Below, one piece after another: positions 19,425 through 29,019 of a DNA stretch of 64,000 nucleotides. The notes below the pieces were generated by a model, which had not been told where the DNA came from, made no database searches, and saw nothing but the letters and a program-made list of their open reading frames with translations. The position numbers were made by a program, and so were the translations under genes. Each line of letters begins with the position of its first letter. Position 1 is the first letter of the stretch. The DNA is from a virus. Its lineage: Duplodnaviria > Caudoviricetes. The stretch lies in the IMG/VR virus record IMGVR_UViG_3300032007_000010; one strand, 5' to 3'.

Positions 19425-20117
19425 TTAGCCCTCGGCATCCGTGATGGGCATGGCCCAGTAGTCGCCGACGGTCTGATCGGTTGGCGCCTCATCGGATTGC
19501 ACAATCTGCTGATGACCGCCGCCGTTCTGGGACCATTGTCCCCATGCGGTGTAGCCGGTGCCTGCGACGTATTCATCACCGCAGCGCTGATAGTAAATCG
19601 TGTTTGCATCCGCGAAGGCGAGCTGGATAGGCCTGTAGTCGGTTGCCGGTACCACCGAGGAAGTCTCATCGATGCTGTCATTTTTGATGGCAGCGTCCTG
19701 GACCATGGTGAGCACGAAGCAATAGTCTCCCGCGAAGGATGACTCTTCGCCGAGGCCCACGATGCTGCGCTTCTTGAGCTCCAGCGTGAGTCCCTGTCCA
19801 TATTCGCAGGGTGAAAGATTCTTGTCGACGTTGATGAGAATGTTGTGGAGACCGGCCACCTTGGAACCGATCACATTGCCATCGCCGTCGAGCACGGGGA
19901 TGAGTCCAGTATCCTCGTCCTCCGAAGGCTCGAGCACTGCCTTCTCCAGATCCTGCACCAGAGAAGCCATTTCTTTGAGTTTGAAGGGAAGATCGGACAG
20001 ATCACCGAGTGCCTCGGAAATATCATCGAACTGACCCGTAAGTTCGTTGATTTTCCTAAAGTTCTCCGCCACCTGCTTAAAGGTTGAGGGATTCATTGTG
20101 GACGTTTGATCGCTCAT
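19425..20117 (-). CDS. Hypothetical, probably tail-associated protein
   Basis: 230 aa, AGGAGG RBS, late promoter; C-terminus EAPTDQTVGDYW resembles fibre C-terminus EPTNQQTNGLW. Confidence 0.65.
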   Translation of the reverse strand: MSDQTSTMNPSTFKQVAENFRKINELTGQFDDISEALGDLSDLPFKLKEMASLVQDLEKAVLEPSEDEDTGLIPVLDGDGNVIGSKVAGLHNILINVDKNLSPCEYGQGLTLELKKRSIVGLGEESSFAGDYCFVLTMVQDAAIKNDSIDETSSVVPATDYRPIQLAFADANTIYYQRCGDEYVAGTGYTAWGQWSQNGGGHQQIVQSDEAPTDQTVGDYWAMPITDAEG

Positions 20118-20149
20118 AACAGAGATTTTGACCTCCTTTCTCTATCACA

Positions 20150-20162
20150 TTATATCAATGTT
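20150..20162 (-). promoter_or_regulatory. Putative late promoter
   Basis: AACATTGATATAA. Confidence 0.6.
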
Positions 20163-20447
20163 GCTGGATCGAGTTTTGCCTCGACATGATTATAAGCGGT
20201 CGTTTCCGTTGTTGTTTTGCACGTGCGGGGCGTGCGGAACACAAGCCGTGACAGAACGAAACATCAGAGGACCAGTGCAGCAATCTTCATGTCATCCTCC
20301 CAAGATATAATACCATTCTTCGACGATTCCTTCCATCATCTCTTGTCCGGACGGAAGCGACCGCTGTTATTTGATATGCCCGATCGGCGGCGTGCTCCGG
20401 TGCGTCGCCGCTTTGCCATGAACAAATCTCAGAAAGGAGGGCAAACC

Positions 20448-22601
20448 ATGGCCAAGAACTACCGTGCCATAGTGGTTGCCAACGAACTCGCCGATGTGGG
20501 TGTGCTCGGTGGAAAACACAGTGGCGATGATATCTACATCAAATACTACAACAAGCGCAACGGTACGACCTTCAATGTCGATGATACTCCGTGGTGCGCC
20601 ATCTTCCAGTCCCACCACCTGCGCAAGGCAGGGGTTCCAACCTCGGTGTGCCCGGACTTTGCATCCTGCACAACCCTGCGCGATGGATGGCTCATTCCGA
20701 AGGGAATCTGGAAGCTACGCAGCTCCGGCTATGTGCCCAAGCCCGGTGATCTGATCATGTTCAACTGGAACAAGGTCATGACCAAGGTGCAGCACGTCGG
20801 CATGGTCGAGAAGGTGGTCGGATCGACGGTGTACACCATCGAGGGCAACTCCAAGAACGGATATCCGGACGCGGGCGTGCGGCACAAATCCTATGCACTG
20901 AACAGCGCCTACATCGTTGGCTACGGCGCACTCAACTACGAAGGTGCCATCACCAACTCCGCCGGCTATGACAATGGGAAGCTCAGCAACGCCCAGGTCA
21001 AGGAGATGCAAATATACTATGGTCTCACCGTTGATGGTTACTGGGGACCCAACTCCAAAAAGACCACCGGCCTCTCCGCCGACGATGCCTGGACGAAGTA
21101 TCAGGCCTCGAAGACATCGACCGCGATCAGCTATGCGGTCGGTGCCGACAACGAGCACACGATCTTCAACTTCCTGACCCAGGCGATGGGACTCAGCGTG
21201 GCCGCGGCCTGTGGTGCGCTGGCAAACATCGCCAACGAATCCAATTTCAATCCGAATGCCAGCGGCGATGGTGGTACGAGCTACGGCATTTGCCAATGGC
21301 ACAATTCACGCTTTGACAATCTCAAGAAATTCGCATCCGCCGCCGGCAAGGACCACCGCACCCTGGACACCCAGCTTCGGTTCCTGAAGACCGAGCTCGA
21401 GGGTTCCTATTCAAAGGTGCTCGACGGGATGAGATCAGCATCGAACGACTCCAACGGCGCATATTCATCCGGATATATCTGGTGTGAGAAATTCGAGATC
21501 CCGTCGGATACCACGAAGACCGCAAACGCTCGCGGCTTGCTGGCCAAGAACACCTACTGGCCGAAATATACCAAAAGTGTCACATCATCCTCAGATTCTC
21601 CCACGCCAACCAATGTGGCCCAGGAGAGTCCTTTCGGAGTCATCAAGACCGGAAAACAGCTCGCCGAGGCCCTCACGAAGATCGCCAAGGGATACAAGAC
21701 GCTGTATGTGTCCGGTTGCTTCGGTGCGCCCATGACCACCGCAAACAAGGCGCGCTACAGCACAAACAACAGCTACAACAAACAGGCCGCACGGACGAAG
21801 CTCATCCTCGCCGCGTCGGCCGACACCTTCGGCTTCGACTGTGTCTGTCTCATCAAGGGTGTGCTCTGGGGTTGGAACGGAGATGTCTCCGATACCTACG
21901 GCGGTGCTCGCTACGGTTCGAACGGAGTCCAGGACATCGGCGAAGATCAGATGTTTGGCCTGTGCACCGATGTCTCCGAAAACTTCAACAGCATCGAATT
22001 GGGTGAGCTCCTGTGGATGAGTGGACATGTTGGTGTCTACATCGGCGATGGTCTCGCGGTAGAGTGTACCCCATCATGGAAGAACGGCGTGCAGATCACC
22101 GCGGTGAATCGAACCAAGATCGGCTACAATCGTCGCAACTGGACCAAACATGGCAAACTACCATACGTGAACTATGGAACAACGACAGGAACCGTGAAGT
22201 ATGCGAACATGGTCAGAGAGTTCCAGAAATGGATCAATGCCAACTTCAGCATCGGAGACAAGCTCTCCGTGGACGGAGACTTTGGTCCGAAGACACGCAG
22301 AGCCGCTATCATGGCGATCCAGAAGACCCTCAACACCGACCACGGCAAGAAACTCACCGTCGACGGTTCCTTCGGCATGCTCACGCGCATGGCCTTCCCG
22401 ACCCTCAGGTTCGGTTCCAAGGGCAAGCTTGTGTATCTGGCCCAGGGTCTACTCTATGCCAACGGCTACGATCCCAACGGTTTTGATGGTTCCTTCGGAA
22501 GTGGATGTCAGGCCGCGGTGTCCAGCTATTGCAGGGCCAAGAACCTCGCGGCCACGGGCACCCTCACCGGAACAACCATGCAACATCTCTGCAACGACTG
22601 A
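20448..22601 (+). CDS. Modular endolysin: CHAP + phage tail lysozyme-like + NlpC/P60-like + peptidoglycan-binding repeats
   Basis: PWCAIF/HVGMV/TIEGN; GALANIANESNFNP...YGICQW; FDCVCLIKG...GHVGVYIG; VDGDFGPKT, VDGSFG, FDGSFG; AGGAGG RBS. Confidence 0.85.
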   Translation: MAKNYRAIVVANELADVGVLGGKHSGDDIYIKYYNKRNGTTFNVDDTPWCAIFQSHHLRKAGVPTSVCPDFASCTTLRDGWLIPKGIWKLRSSGYVPKPGDLIMFNWNKVMTKVQHVGMVEKVVGSTVYTIEGNSKNGYPDAGVRHKSYALNSAYIVGYGALNYEGAITNSAGYDNGKLSNAQVKEMQIYYGLTVDGYWGPNSKKTTGLSADDAWTKYQASKTSTAISYAVGADNEHTIFNFLTQAMGLSVAAACGALANIANESNFNPNASGDGGTSYGICQWHNSRFDNLKKFASAAGKDHRTLDTQLRFLKTELEGSYSKVLDGMRSASNDSNGAYSSGYIWCEKFEIPSDTTKTANARGLLAKNTYWPKYTKSVTSSSDSPTPTNVAQESPFGVIKTGKQLAEALTKIAKGYKTLYVSGCFGAPMTTANKARYSTNNSYNKQAARTKLILAASADTFGFDCVCLIKGVLWGWNGDVSDTYGGARYGSNGVQDIGEDQMFGLCTDVSENFNSIELGELLWMSGHVGVYIGDGLAVECTPSWKNGVQITAVNRTKIGYNRRNWTKHGKLPYVNYGTTTGTVKYANMVREFQKWINANFSIGDKLSVDGDFGPKTRRAAIMAIQKTLNTDHGKKLTVDGSFGMLTRMAFPTLRFGSKGKLVYLAQGLLYANGYDPNGFDGSFGSGCQAAVSSYCRAKNLAATGTLTGTTMQHLCND

Positions 22602-22606
22602 CATGA

Positions 22607-22636
22607 AAACGGGAGACCATGATGGGTCTCCCGTTT
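22607..22636 (+). terminator. Intrinsic terminator
   Basis: AAACGGGAGACC/GGTCTCCCGTTT. Confidence 0.75.
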
Positions 22637-22658
22637 CTAATCTCAATGTGGAATGAAC

Positions 22659-22669
22659 TATATATTATA
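22659..22669 (+). promoter_or_regulatory. Putative early/middle promoter YATATAYTATA
   Basis: TATATATTATA; recurs at 8 sites upstream of genes. Confidence 0.6.
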
Positions 22670-22737
22670 ATGGTGATGGAACGGAGAGATACAAGAACTC
22701 TGTTCCATCAATTCTATTTCCCAGAAAGGAGGGTATC

Positions 22738-23244
22738 ATGGGTATCTGGGAACTAAACCGTCGCATCCTGGAGATGTATAACTCGTGCAGCTATGCCGAC
22801 TTCGAGAGTCTGATGGATGATCTGGTCAAAGCGGATCGAGGGGTCAACATCGCAAGATTCTTCCGATCACGTTGGTATCTCTGGAACTGGATCAGACCGA
22901 GGGACTTCTATAAAATGATGGCCCGCTACATCGTCGAAAAGGTTGGATCACACGAGTTCGATCGTGCGGAGTTCATGCTGAATCTGATCCTCGAGGATCA
23001 GAGAGTCCCGGAGAAGGTGAAACAGACCTTCGTCTGGGGGATCACCAAACAGATTCCGCTGATCACGATGGGAACGCTGCGCTACATGTCGGCCGAACGC
23101 ATACACAACATGCTCACCGGCCATAAAGAGATCGTTTCCGATGAGTTTCTCCGCCCGGTGCTGATGGTTATTCTGTCCTACCGCGATAGACTCGCGGAAC
23201 TACAATCCAGAGGAGGAACAACCATTGAAGACAATGATCTATGA
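22738..23244 (+). CDS. Hypothetical protein
   Basis: 168 aa, AGGAGG RBS. Confidence 0.8.
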   Translation: MGIWELNRRILEMYNSCSYADFESLMDDLVKADRGVNIARFFRSRWYLWNWIRPRDFYKMMARYIVEKVGSHEFDRAEFMLNLILEDQRVPEKVKQTFVWGITKQIPLITMGTLRYMSAERIHNMLTGHKEIVSDEFLRPVLMVILSYRDRLAELQSRGGTTIEDNDL

Positions 23245-25168
23245 GCGTACATTCATTCGATTCTTTCGGGAATGTCTCGCTCAGGTGGATTCGAAGATTC
23301 CGCTCCAGGAGCGAGTATTCTTCGTCGGCATTTCAGCATCCAACCTCATGGAGTCGCTAACCACACGCTATCCAATGGCGGTGAAGGAGCTCAAGCACGG
23401 AGATCTCGAGAGTTATCAGCGTGACATCGGTGAATTCTATGCGCAGATCGTCAAGACCTGGAACAAGTTCAATCAGAGATACGAACTGATCAAGCCGGTC
23501 GACGAGCTCAAGAAAGGGGCAGGTGAGTGGGTGCGCAAAACATTCAAGAAGGATGTGTTCCCTGCGCTCCAGCCCATGACCGTTGACAAGGGCAAGGATC
23601 TGAATCTGCGTCCGGGTCTCTATCTTATCGTGACCACCGAGGATACGAAGAAGGATCGCCGGATGGTCAACTACATAGAGATACCGAAGAAGCTCCCGCG
23701 CCACATCGTCGTCGACGACAAGCATTTCGCAGTCGACGTGGTGGATCTGATCCAGAACAACCTCGAGTTCATGTTCAAGGATCGTCGCATCGTCTCGAGC
23801 TATCCGATCATCATCAATCGCTCCGCCGAGATACAGCTCAGCCAGCTCTCCGATCTCGATCCGTTGGATCAGGTTCGGGCAACGCTCAAGGAGCGGGAGA
23901 AATCATGGATCTCCACGCTCGAGGTGGGCACCACCGACAAGAAGGAGCTCAAGCGACTCAAGAATCTCATCAACATTTCCCCGGACACGGTGATTCTCGC
24001 GTCCAAGCATGATATCGGTCTCGCCGCGCTCAAGGATATCCCGAGCGAGGTGTTCCGGGACAAGGATCGTTCGCGCAAGGCGAGGATCTACAAGACCTGG
24101 CCCAAGGATGACCTGTTCGCCCACATCAAGAAACAGGACCGTCTCGCGGCGCATCCCTACGAGAGCTATCAGCACAGCTTCGTGCGATTCCTGGAGCTGG
24201 CTTCGACCGATCCGGACGTGGTGTCCATCAAGATAAGCCTCTATCGCGTCTCGGACAATTCGAAGATCATCAACGCGCTTTTGACCGCCGCCGACAAAGG
24301 CAAGTCGGTGACCGTGCTGATAGAACTCAAGGCGCGCTTCGATGAGCAGCACAACATCGAGATCGCCAATCTCCTCGAATCCGGTGGCGTGCGTGTTGCC
24401 TTCACCGATCCGAACATGAAGACCCATGCCAAGCTCTGCCTTGTCACGCGGCGCGAGAAGAAGGGACTGGTGACCTACTGTCAGGTCGGCACCGGAAACT
24501 ATTCCGAGACCAATTCTAAACAGTACACCGACTATTCGTACTTCACCGCCAACAAGGACATGGCATACGATCTCACGCGCTTCTTCGATCTCCTGACCTC
24601 GAACCAGGGAACCTTCAAATCCCGCAAGGTGGTCTATGCACCATACAACATGCGCGAAACCATCGACGAAGAGATCGACACCGAGATCAAGAAGGCCAGG
24701 GCCGGGAAGGTTGCCAGGATTGTTATCAAGTGCAATGGGCTCACCGACGAATCCCTGGCGAAGCATCTGGAGAAGGCGGCGGACAGCGGTGTCAGGGTCC
24801 AGCTCATCATCCGAGGCGCCTGCATCATCGGTTCCCGCAGAAACCTGACGGTGAAGTCCATCGTCGGATTTCACCTCGAGCATTCCCGGATCTATCAGTT
24901 CGGAAAGGGTGATCGAGCTCGCATATACATCGGTTCCGCCGATGCGATGCGTCGGAACCTGTCCATGCGCCACGAGCTGCTCATCCTCGTGGAACAGAAG
25001 GATATCCGCGAGAGACTCATGAAGCATCTCGGGTGGTATCTCGACGACAACCAACTCTCCTGGAAGATCCTCAAGGACTATGGTCTCGAACGCATCGAAC
25101 CGAAGGATGGGGAGAAGAAGATCAACGTGCAGGAAAAAATGGCTCAGGAAGCCAAGGAGGAAAACTAA
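23225..25168 (+). CDS. ppk1: Polyphosphate kinase 1
   Basis: HPYESY, IKISLYRVS, VLIELKARFDE, KTHAK, GTGNY, YTD, LEHSRIY, YIGSADAMRRNL. Confidence 0.92.
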   Translation: MKTMIYERTFIRFFRECLAQVDSKIPLQERVFFVGISASNLMESLTTRYPMAVKELKHGDLESYQRDIGEFYAQIVKTWNKFNQRYELIKPVDELKKGAGEWVRKTFKKDVFPALQPMTVDKGKDLNLRPGLYLIVTTEDTKKDRRMVNYIEIPKKLPRHIVVDDKHFAVDVVDLIQNNLEFMFKDRRIVSSYPIIINRSAEIQLSQLSDLDPLDQVRATLKEREKSWISTLEVGTTDKKELKRLKNLINISPDTVILASKHDIGLAALKDIPSEVFRDKDRSRKARIYKTWPKDDLFAHIKKQDRLAAHPYESYQHSFVRFLELASTDPDVVSIKISLYRVSDNSKIINALLTAADKGKSVTVLIELKARFDEQHNIEIANLLESGGVRVAFTDPNMKTHAKLCLVTRREKKGLVTYCQVGTGNYSETNSKQYTDYSYFTANKDMAYDLTRFFDLLTSNQGTFKSRKVVYAPYNMRETIDEEIDTEIKKARAGKVARIVIKCNGLTDESLAKHLEKAADSGVRVQLIIRGACIIGSRRNLTVKSIVGFHLEHSRIYQFGKGDRARIYIGSADAMRRNLSMRHELLILVEQKDIRERLMKHLGWYLDDNQLSWKILKDYGLERIEPKDGEKKINVQEKMAQEAKEEN

Positions 25169-25169
25169 A

Positions 25170-25769
25170 ATGATCATACTATATCAGAATGAAATCATCA
25201 AATCCATCGACTCGGCCATCGCCCTGGTTTGCCAGGACATCGGGAATATCCACGAGATGACGCTGGACATCGCCAAGGATGTGATCTCCCGAAGCCATGC
25301 CAACGATGATCTTGTCCAGCGCCTGGCCACCGGAATTCGCCTCGGATTCGAGGAGATCCGGGGATCCATCGTGGATCCCCTCGGTGGTCCGTTCGGAACC
25401 TTCGATTTCGATTCGCTGCAGAGCCCGGAGCTGCGGAACATTCTGAGGCAGAACCTCGACAAGGGACGCTATCTCCCGCTTTTGATCGGTCTCAAGGAAA
25501 CGGACGTGAACAAGCAGATGGGGATCGCGGCACTCTTCACCATGTGCGGTGCGCACGAGAAACACATGCTCATCACCATGAATCTCCCCGAGCTCTATGC
25601 GCAGTCCAAGGGTTGCTCGGATCCGGAGCTTCCGGAGGACGGCATGACACACTTCCTGTTCCCGCTCATGTTCGTGCGAAAGGGCGGCGGCTATCTGCCC
25701 GTCACGCTCTTCGACGACAAGGCCATCAGTGTCACCTTCCTGCGACCCGCGGGAGGCGAAAACGGATGA
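25170..25769 (+). CDS. Hypothetical protein
   Basis: Start MIILYQ after AGGAGG. Confidence 0.75.
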   Translation: MIILYQNEIIKSIDSAIALVCQDIGNIHEMTLDIAKDVISRSHANDDLVQRLATGIRLGFEEIRGSIVDPLGGPFGTFDFDSLQSPELRNILRQNLDKGRYLPLLIGLKETDVNKQMGIAALFTMCGAHEKHMLITMNLPELYAQSKGCSDPELPEDGMTHFLFPLMFVRKGGGYLPVTLFDDKAISVTFLRPAGGENG

Positions 25770-26278
25770 GGATCTTATATAACCTCGATGAACTCCCCAG
25801 CGTAACCACACATCTCATGGCCGTGTGTATGGATCCATCTCGGGAACTCGCCGAACGGGTGATGGATCACATCTTCGCAGCCGCGTCGCTACCATTCGAG
25901 GAACGATGCACTCGAGAACACATGAAGGATCTGTGGGACTGGGTATTGCCGAGGAGACATGACTGGATCAGTATTGAGGCTGGTCGTGTCAAACCCTCAC
26001 GCGACAAAGGTGTTGATCCGGATGAGTATGGTGCCATAGCCTGCGCGTTGCCTGGACGAGAACAGAGCGGATCCATGTTCTCCACCACGGCGCTCATCAT
26101 CGCCACCGCGCGCTACCGCGACAACACAAATCATCACATTGCCATGCTGTGGCATCCAAGAAACACATCAACCTTCGAGAAACTCGCCGTGCTCCTGCCA
26201 GATAGAGATAGGGAAGACAAGCTGGTGTTGAGGGGTACCACGGGAATCTCGGAGAGTCGCACCATCTGGAGTTTCTGA
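25766..26278 (+). CDS. Hypothetical protein
   Basis: Start MRILYN, ATGA overlap, GGAGG upstream. Confidence 0.7.
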   Translation: MRILYNLDELPSVTTHLMAVCMDPSRELAERVMDHIFAAASLPFEERCTREHMKDLWDWVLPRRHDWISIEAGRVKPSRDKGVDPDEYGAIACALPGREQSGSMFSTTALIIATARYRDNTNHHIAMLWHPRNTSTFEKLAVLLPDRDREDKLVLRGTTGISESRTIWSF

Positions 26279-26306
26279 GGAGCGGGGATTATTCCCGCTC
26301 CTTTTT
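26279..26306 (+). terminator. Intrinsic terminator
   Basis: GGAGCGGG/CCCGCTCC + TTTTT. Confidence 0.75.
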
Positions 26307-26312
26307 ACGGTG

Positions 26313-26325
26313 AACAAATATATAA
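26313..26325 (+). promoter_or_regulatory. Putative late promoter
   Basis: AACAAATATATAA. Confidence 0.55.
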
Positions 26326-26360
26326 ATCTGCGCCGTTTACAGAAGGTGGTGATTAGCAAG

Positions 26361-26816
26361 ATGAATACGGCAGAACTCACGGTTAACCTTAGCAGCATTC
26401 TAAGTATTCTCACTTCTATCGCGCTCATGGGCCTCGGTTGGTACTACGCTCACCAGAAGTCCAAGAGCGATGAGCTCAAGAAGCTCGAAAAGAAGAACGA
26501 AGAGAAGAAAAACAAGGAGCTCACCGAGAAGCTGAACAATGCCATCGATCGCATCAACGAAGTGAGCGAGAATGCCGAGACCACAAAGGATACGCTGGAC
26601 TCATTGGCTAGGGATCTTGCGGAGGTTGAGAAACTGAGCAAGCTCAATGGTCAGTACACGCATGAGCTGGCGCAACTTGTGACGACACTCTCGGAGGGTC
26701 TTCGTGACAATCATCTCGATGGCAATATCACCAGGGCGGTGGAGCGCTATCGCGCCTTCGAATCGAAGGCCATGGAATCCTTTGTCACCGGAGAATATCT
26801 TCACAGCTCTCACTGA
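26361..26816 (+). CDS. Membrane-anchored coiled-coil protein (holin-like candidate)
   Basis: One N-terminal hydrophobic helix followed by a charged coiled coil; late promoter. Confidence 0.5.
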   Translation: MNTAELTVNLSSILSILTSIALMGLGWYYAHQKSKSDELKKLEKKNEEKKNKELTEKLNNAIDRINEVSENAETTKDTLDSLARDLAEVEKLSKLNGQYTHELAQLVTTLSEGLRDNHLDGNITRAVERYRAFESKAMESFVTGEYLHSSH

Positions 26817-26908
26817 ATTATCCAGATAACATCCATGATCATGGGTATTATCCCACAGACTGTAATAGGCGAAGATTTGTTAATGCCAGAAAATGTGTCC
26901 AAAAAGAT

Positions 26909-26941
26909 TGCTCCCCGGAATATCCGGGGAGCATCTCTTTT
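26909..26941 (+). terminator. Intrinsic terminator
   Basis: TGCTCCCCGGA/TCCGGGGAGCA + T-rich tail. Confidence 0.7.
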
Positions 26942-27172
26942 ATATACGATGGTGGACCTGGTGTGGTCGGATTCACACCCCGCGATCATCATGCTCACAG
27001 AACGCCTGTGCTGCGTGGGGCCATACACCAAAGCCCGAGAGCAGATGTCAATATCAGACCAGCAGACCTGTTACCATCGATTGGCAGGTGACCAGAAGAT
27101 GAATACGGTATAGATATGTTCAACGAAGATCGACACAACCGAAATCCAAACAATGAAAGGAAGTGATCGGTC

Positions 27173-28325
27173 ATGGGAGATAGCAGAAAATCAAACGGAA
27201 AGATAGAGAATAAGTACGGAAGGATTTTCGGCTACTGCATATGACACAGATAGTCGAGTTTCAACCACCGATCAGAAGGAAGATCGTCAGATAGACAGCC
27301 TCACAAACTATGGCGTCCCAGAGCATCTGATCTTCGTTGACAAACAATCCGGAAAGACCTTCAATCGTCCTGCCTACAAGCGATTGGTGCGCGTGGTGCG
27401 CAAGGGAGACATCATCGTCATAAAGGAGCTCGATCGACTCGGACGCAATTACCAAGAGATCATCGATCAATGGCGCATGCTGACCATCGACATAGGCTGC
27501 GGCATCCATGTGGTGGACATGCCGATACTGAACACCTCCGGTGATCCGGAGGATCTGGTCTCGAAATTCATCACGGACATGATGCTCCAGGTCCTGTCCT
27601 TCGTTGCGCAGAACGAACGCGAGGCAACCATCAAACGCCAGCGAGAGGGCATCGATGCGGCGGCCCGCAGGCGCAAGGTCACCTTCGGGAGACCGAAGAA
27701 GCCGATGCCATTTGATTTCTGGGAGATATATATCATGTGGAGGACTCACGAATACACGGTGGGTGAGCTCCAGGAATTCTGTCATGCGACCTATGGCATA
27801 TCCACACGAACCTTCTATCGTCGTATCAACGAGCTCAACGCTCGATTCGGTGATATTCCACCAAACCGTCTCCACGACATGATCCTGGACAAGGAGTTCT
27901 TCGTTGGCATCAAATTCGACAACGAACGTCTGGAGCAGGGTATCGGGTACTACAACCCTTACACGATGAATAATCCGGAGACGAATCGCAAGACCCGTGA
28001 ATGGCTCAAGCGCAAACAGGATCACAACGAACAGGACGAGGAGACAGCACGGAAGGAAATGCTGCGAATTCGGCAGCTCGAGTTCCGCGAGCGCTTCAAT
28101 CTGCCGGACCCGTATATCATGCGCATCGAAGATCTTCCCATGCCGGACATGACCGAAGATTTCCCGGAAAAGCTCATTCCTCGCAAGGGACACAGGATGC
28201 AGAAGAAACCCACAAAGTATGACGGTATCGCGGATATCCTTACCGATGATCAGCCCGTGATACCGACCGTGGAGGACGACCTCGTGGATCCCGGTGATCC
28301 CATGAAGACCATCGTCATCATCTGA
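27173..28325 (+). pseudogene. Serine recombinase (resolvase family) interrupted by a 16-nt insertion
   Basis: ATG 27173 reads ...RIFGYC then I, stop; a different frame resumes RVSTTDQ...DKQSGKTFNRP...GDIIVIKELDRLGRN...ERE..IKRQREGI..A...FGRP. Confidence 0.8.
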
Positions 28326-28345
28326 TGCTGGTATTCGGTGAATTT

Positions 28346-28358
28346 GACATTGGTATAA
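28346..28358 (+). promoter_or_regulatory. Putative late promoter
   Basis: GACATTGGTATAA. Confidence 0.55.
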
Positions 28359-28413
28359 GGTTGAAAACCCAGACAGGGTTTCACTAATTCATGGAAAGGA
28401 AGGTAAATCTTTC

Positions 28414-29019
28414 ATGACGAAGGTAACCAGCAAGATCAGGGCGGGTTTTACGCTCACCCTGAACGGTGCGGACTACTACATGGAGAAGGGCCGAGACATC
28501 GATGAGCTCCGAGTGCATGGCCCCTACAGCGATGAGATCGTATCCGGTAAACTCATCGGATTTTCCATCCGCGACCGTCATTCTTCCAACAGAGATGCCA
28601 GCATCTACGACGGTATCCCGACCCACATGTTTGTCACGGATCACATGGCAAACATCAAGGACCTCGAGCTCAGTTCCGAGATCGCACATCTCATGATCCT
28701 CGCGCCCGTGGAACCCGGCCAGGGTGCCATTGAGCACGAGATCGTCGTGACGAAGGTTCCGGTGGATCGCATTGTCGGAATCACCGGCACGTTCACGGAT
28801 CCCGAGGGCAACGTGACCATGACCGTGGATCTCACCGATGAGACGGTGTCTATCTCCGAGCTCTTGGCCCAGGCAGATCCGGAGGTGACGACATCTCTGG
28901 TTATCGGAACCGGTGACATCGAGGAATCCATCCAGATCGCCGTCGATGCGAATGTGCTCGGCGAGAACGCGAGTGTTCCCCAGAACTTTGATCAGAATCC
29001 GGAAGAGGAGGTGGCATGA
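28414..29019 (+). CDS. Hypothetical, probably structural protein
   Basis: 201 aa behind late promoter, coupled to next gene. Confidence 0.7.
   Translation: MTKVTSKIRAGFTLTLNGADYYMEKGRDIDELRVHGPYSDEIVSGKLIGFSIRDRHSSNRDASIYDGIPTHMFVTDHMANIKDLELSSEIAHLMILAPVEPGQGAIEHEIVVTKVPVDRIVGITGTFTDPEGNVTMTVDLTDETVSISELLAQADPEVTTSLVIGTGDIEESIQIAVDANVLGENASVPQNFDQNPEEEVA

Noticed and set aside
20150-20300. Possible degraded lipoprotein gene (GGAGG, MKIAALVL-stop, VTAC in another frame)
   Set aside because: Needs an unsupported frameshift and is very short; the region also holds divergent promoters.
27236-27257. T4 gene 60-style translational bypass (ATA-TGA ... ATA) in the recombinase
   Set aside because: Landing on the second ATA (27250-27252) resumes in the wrong frame.
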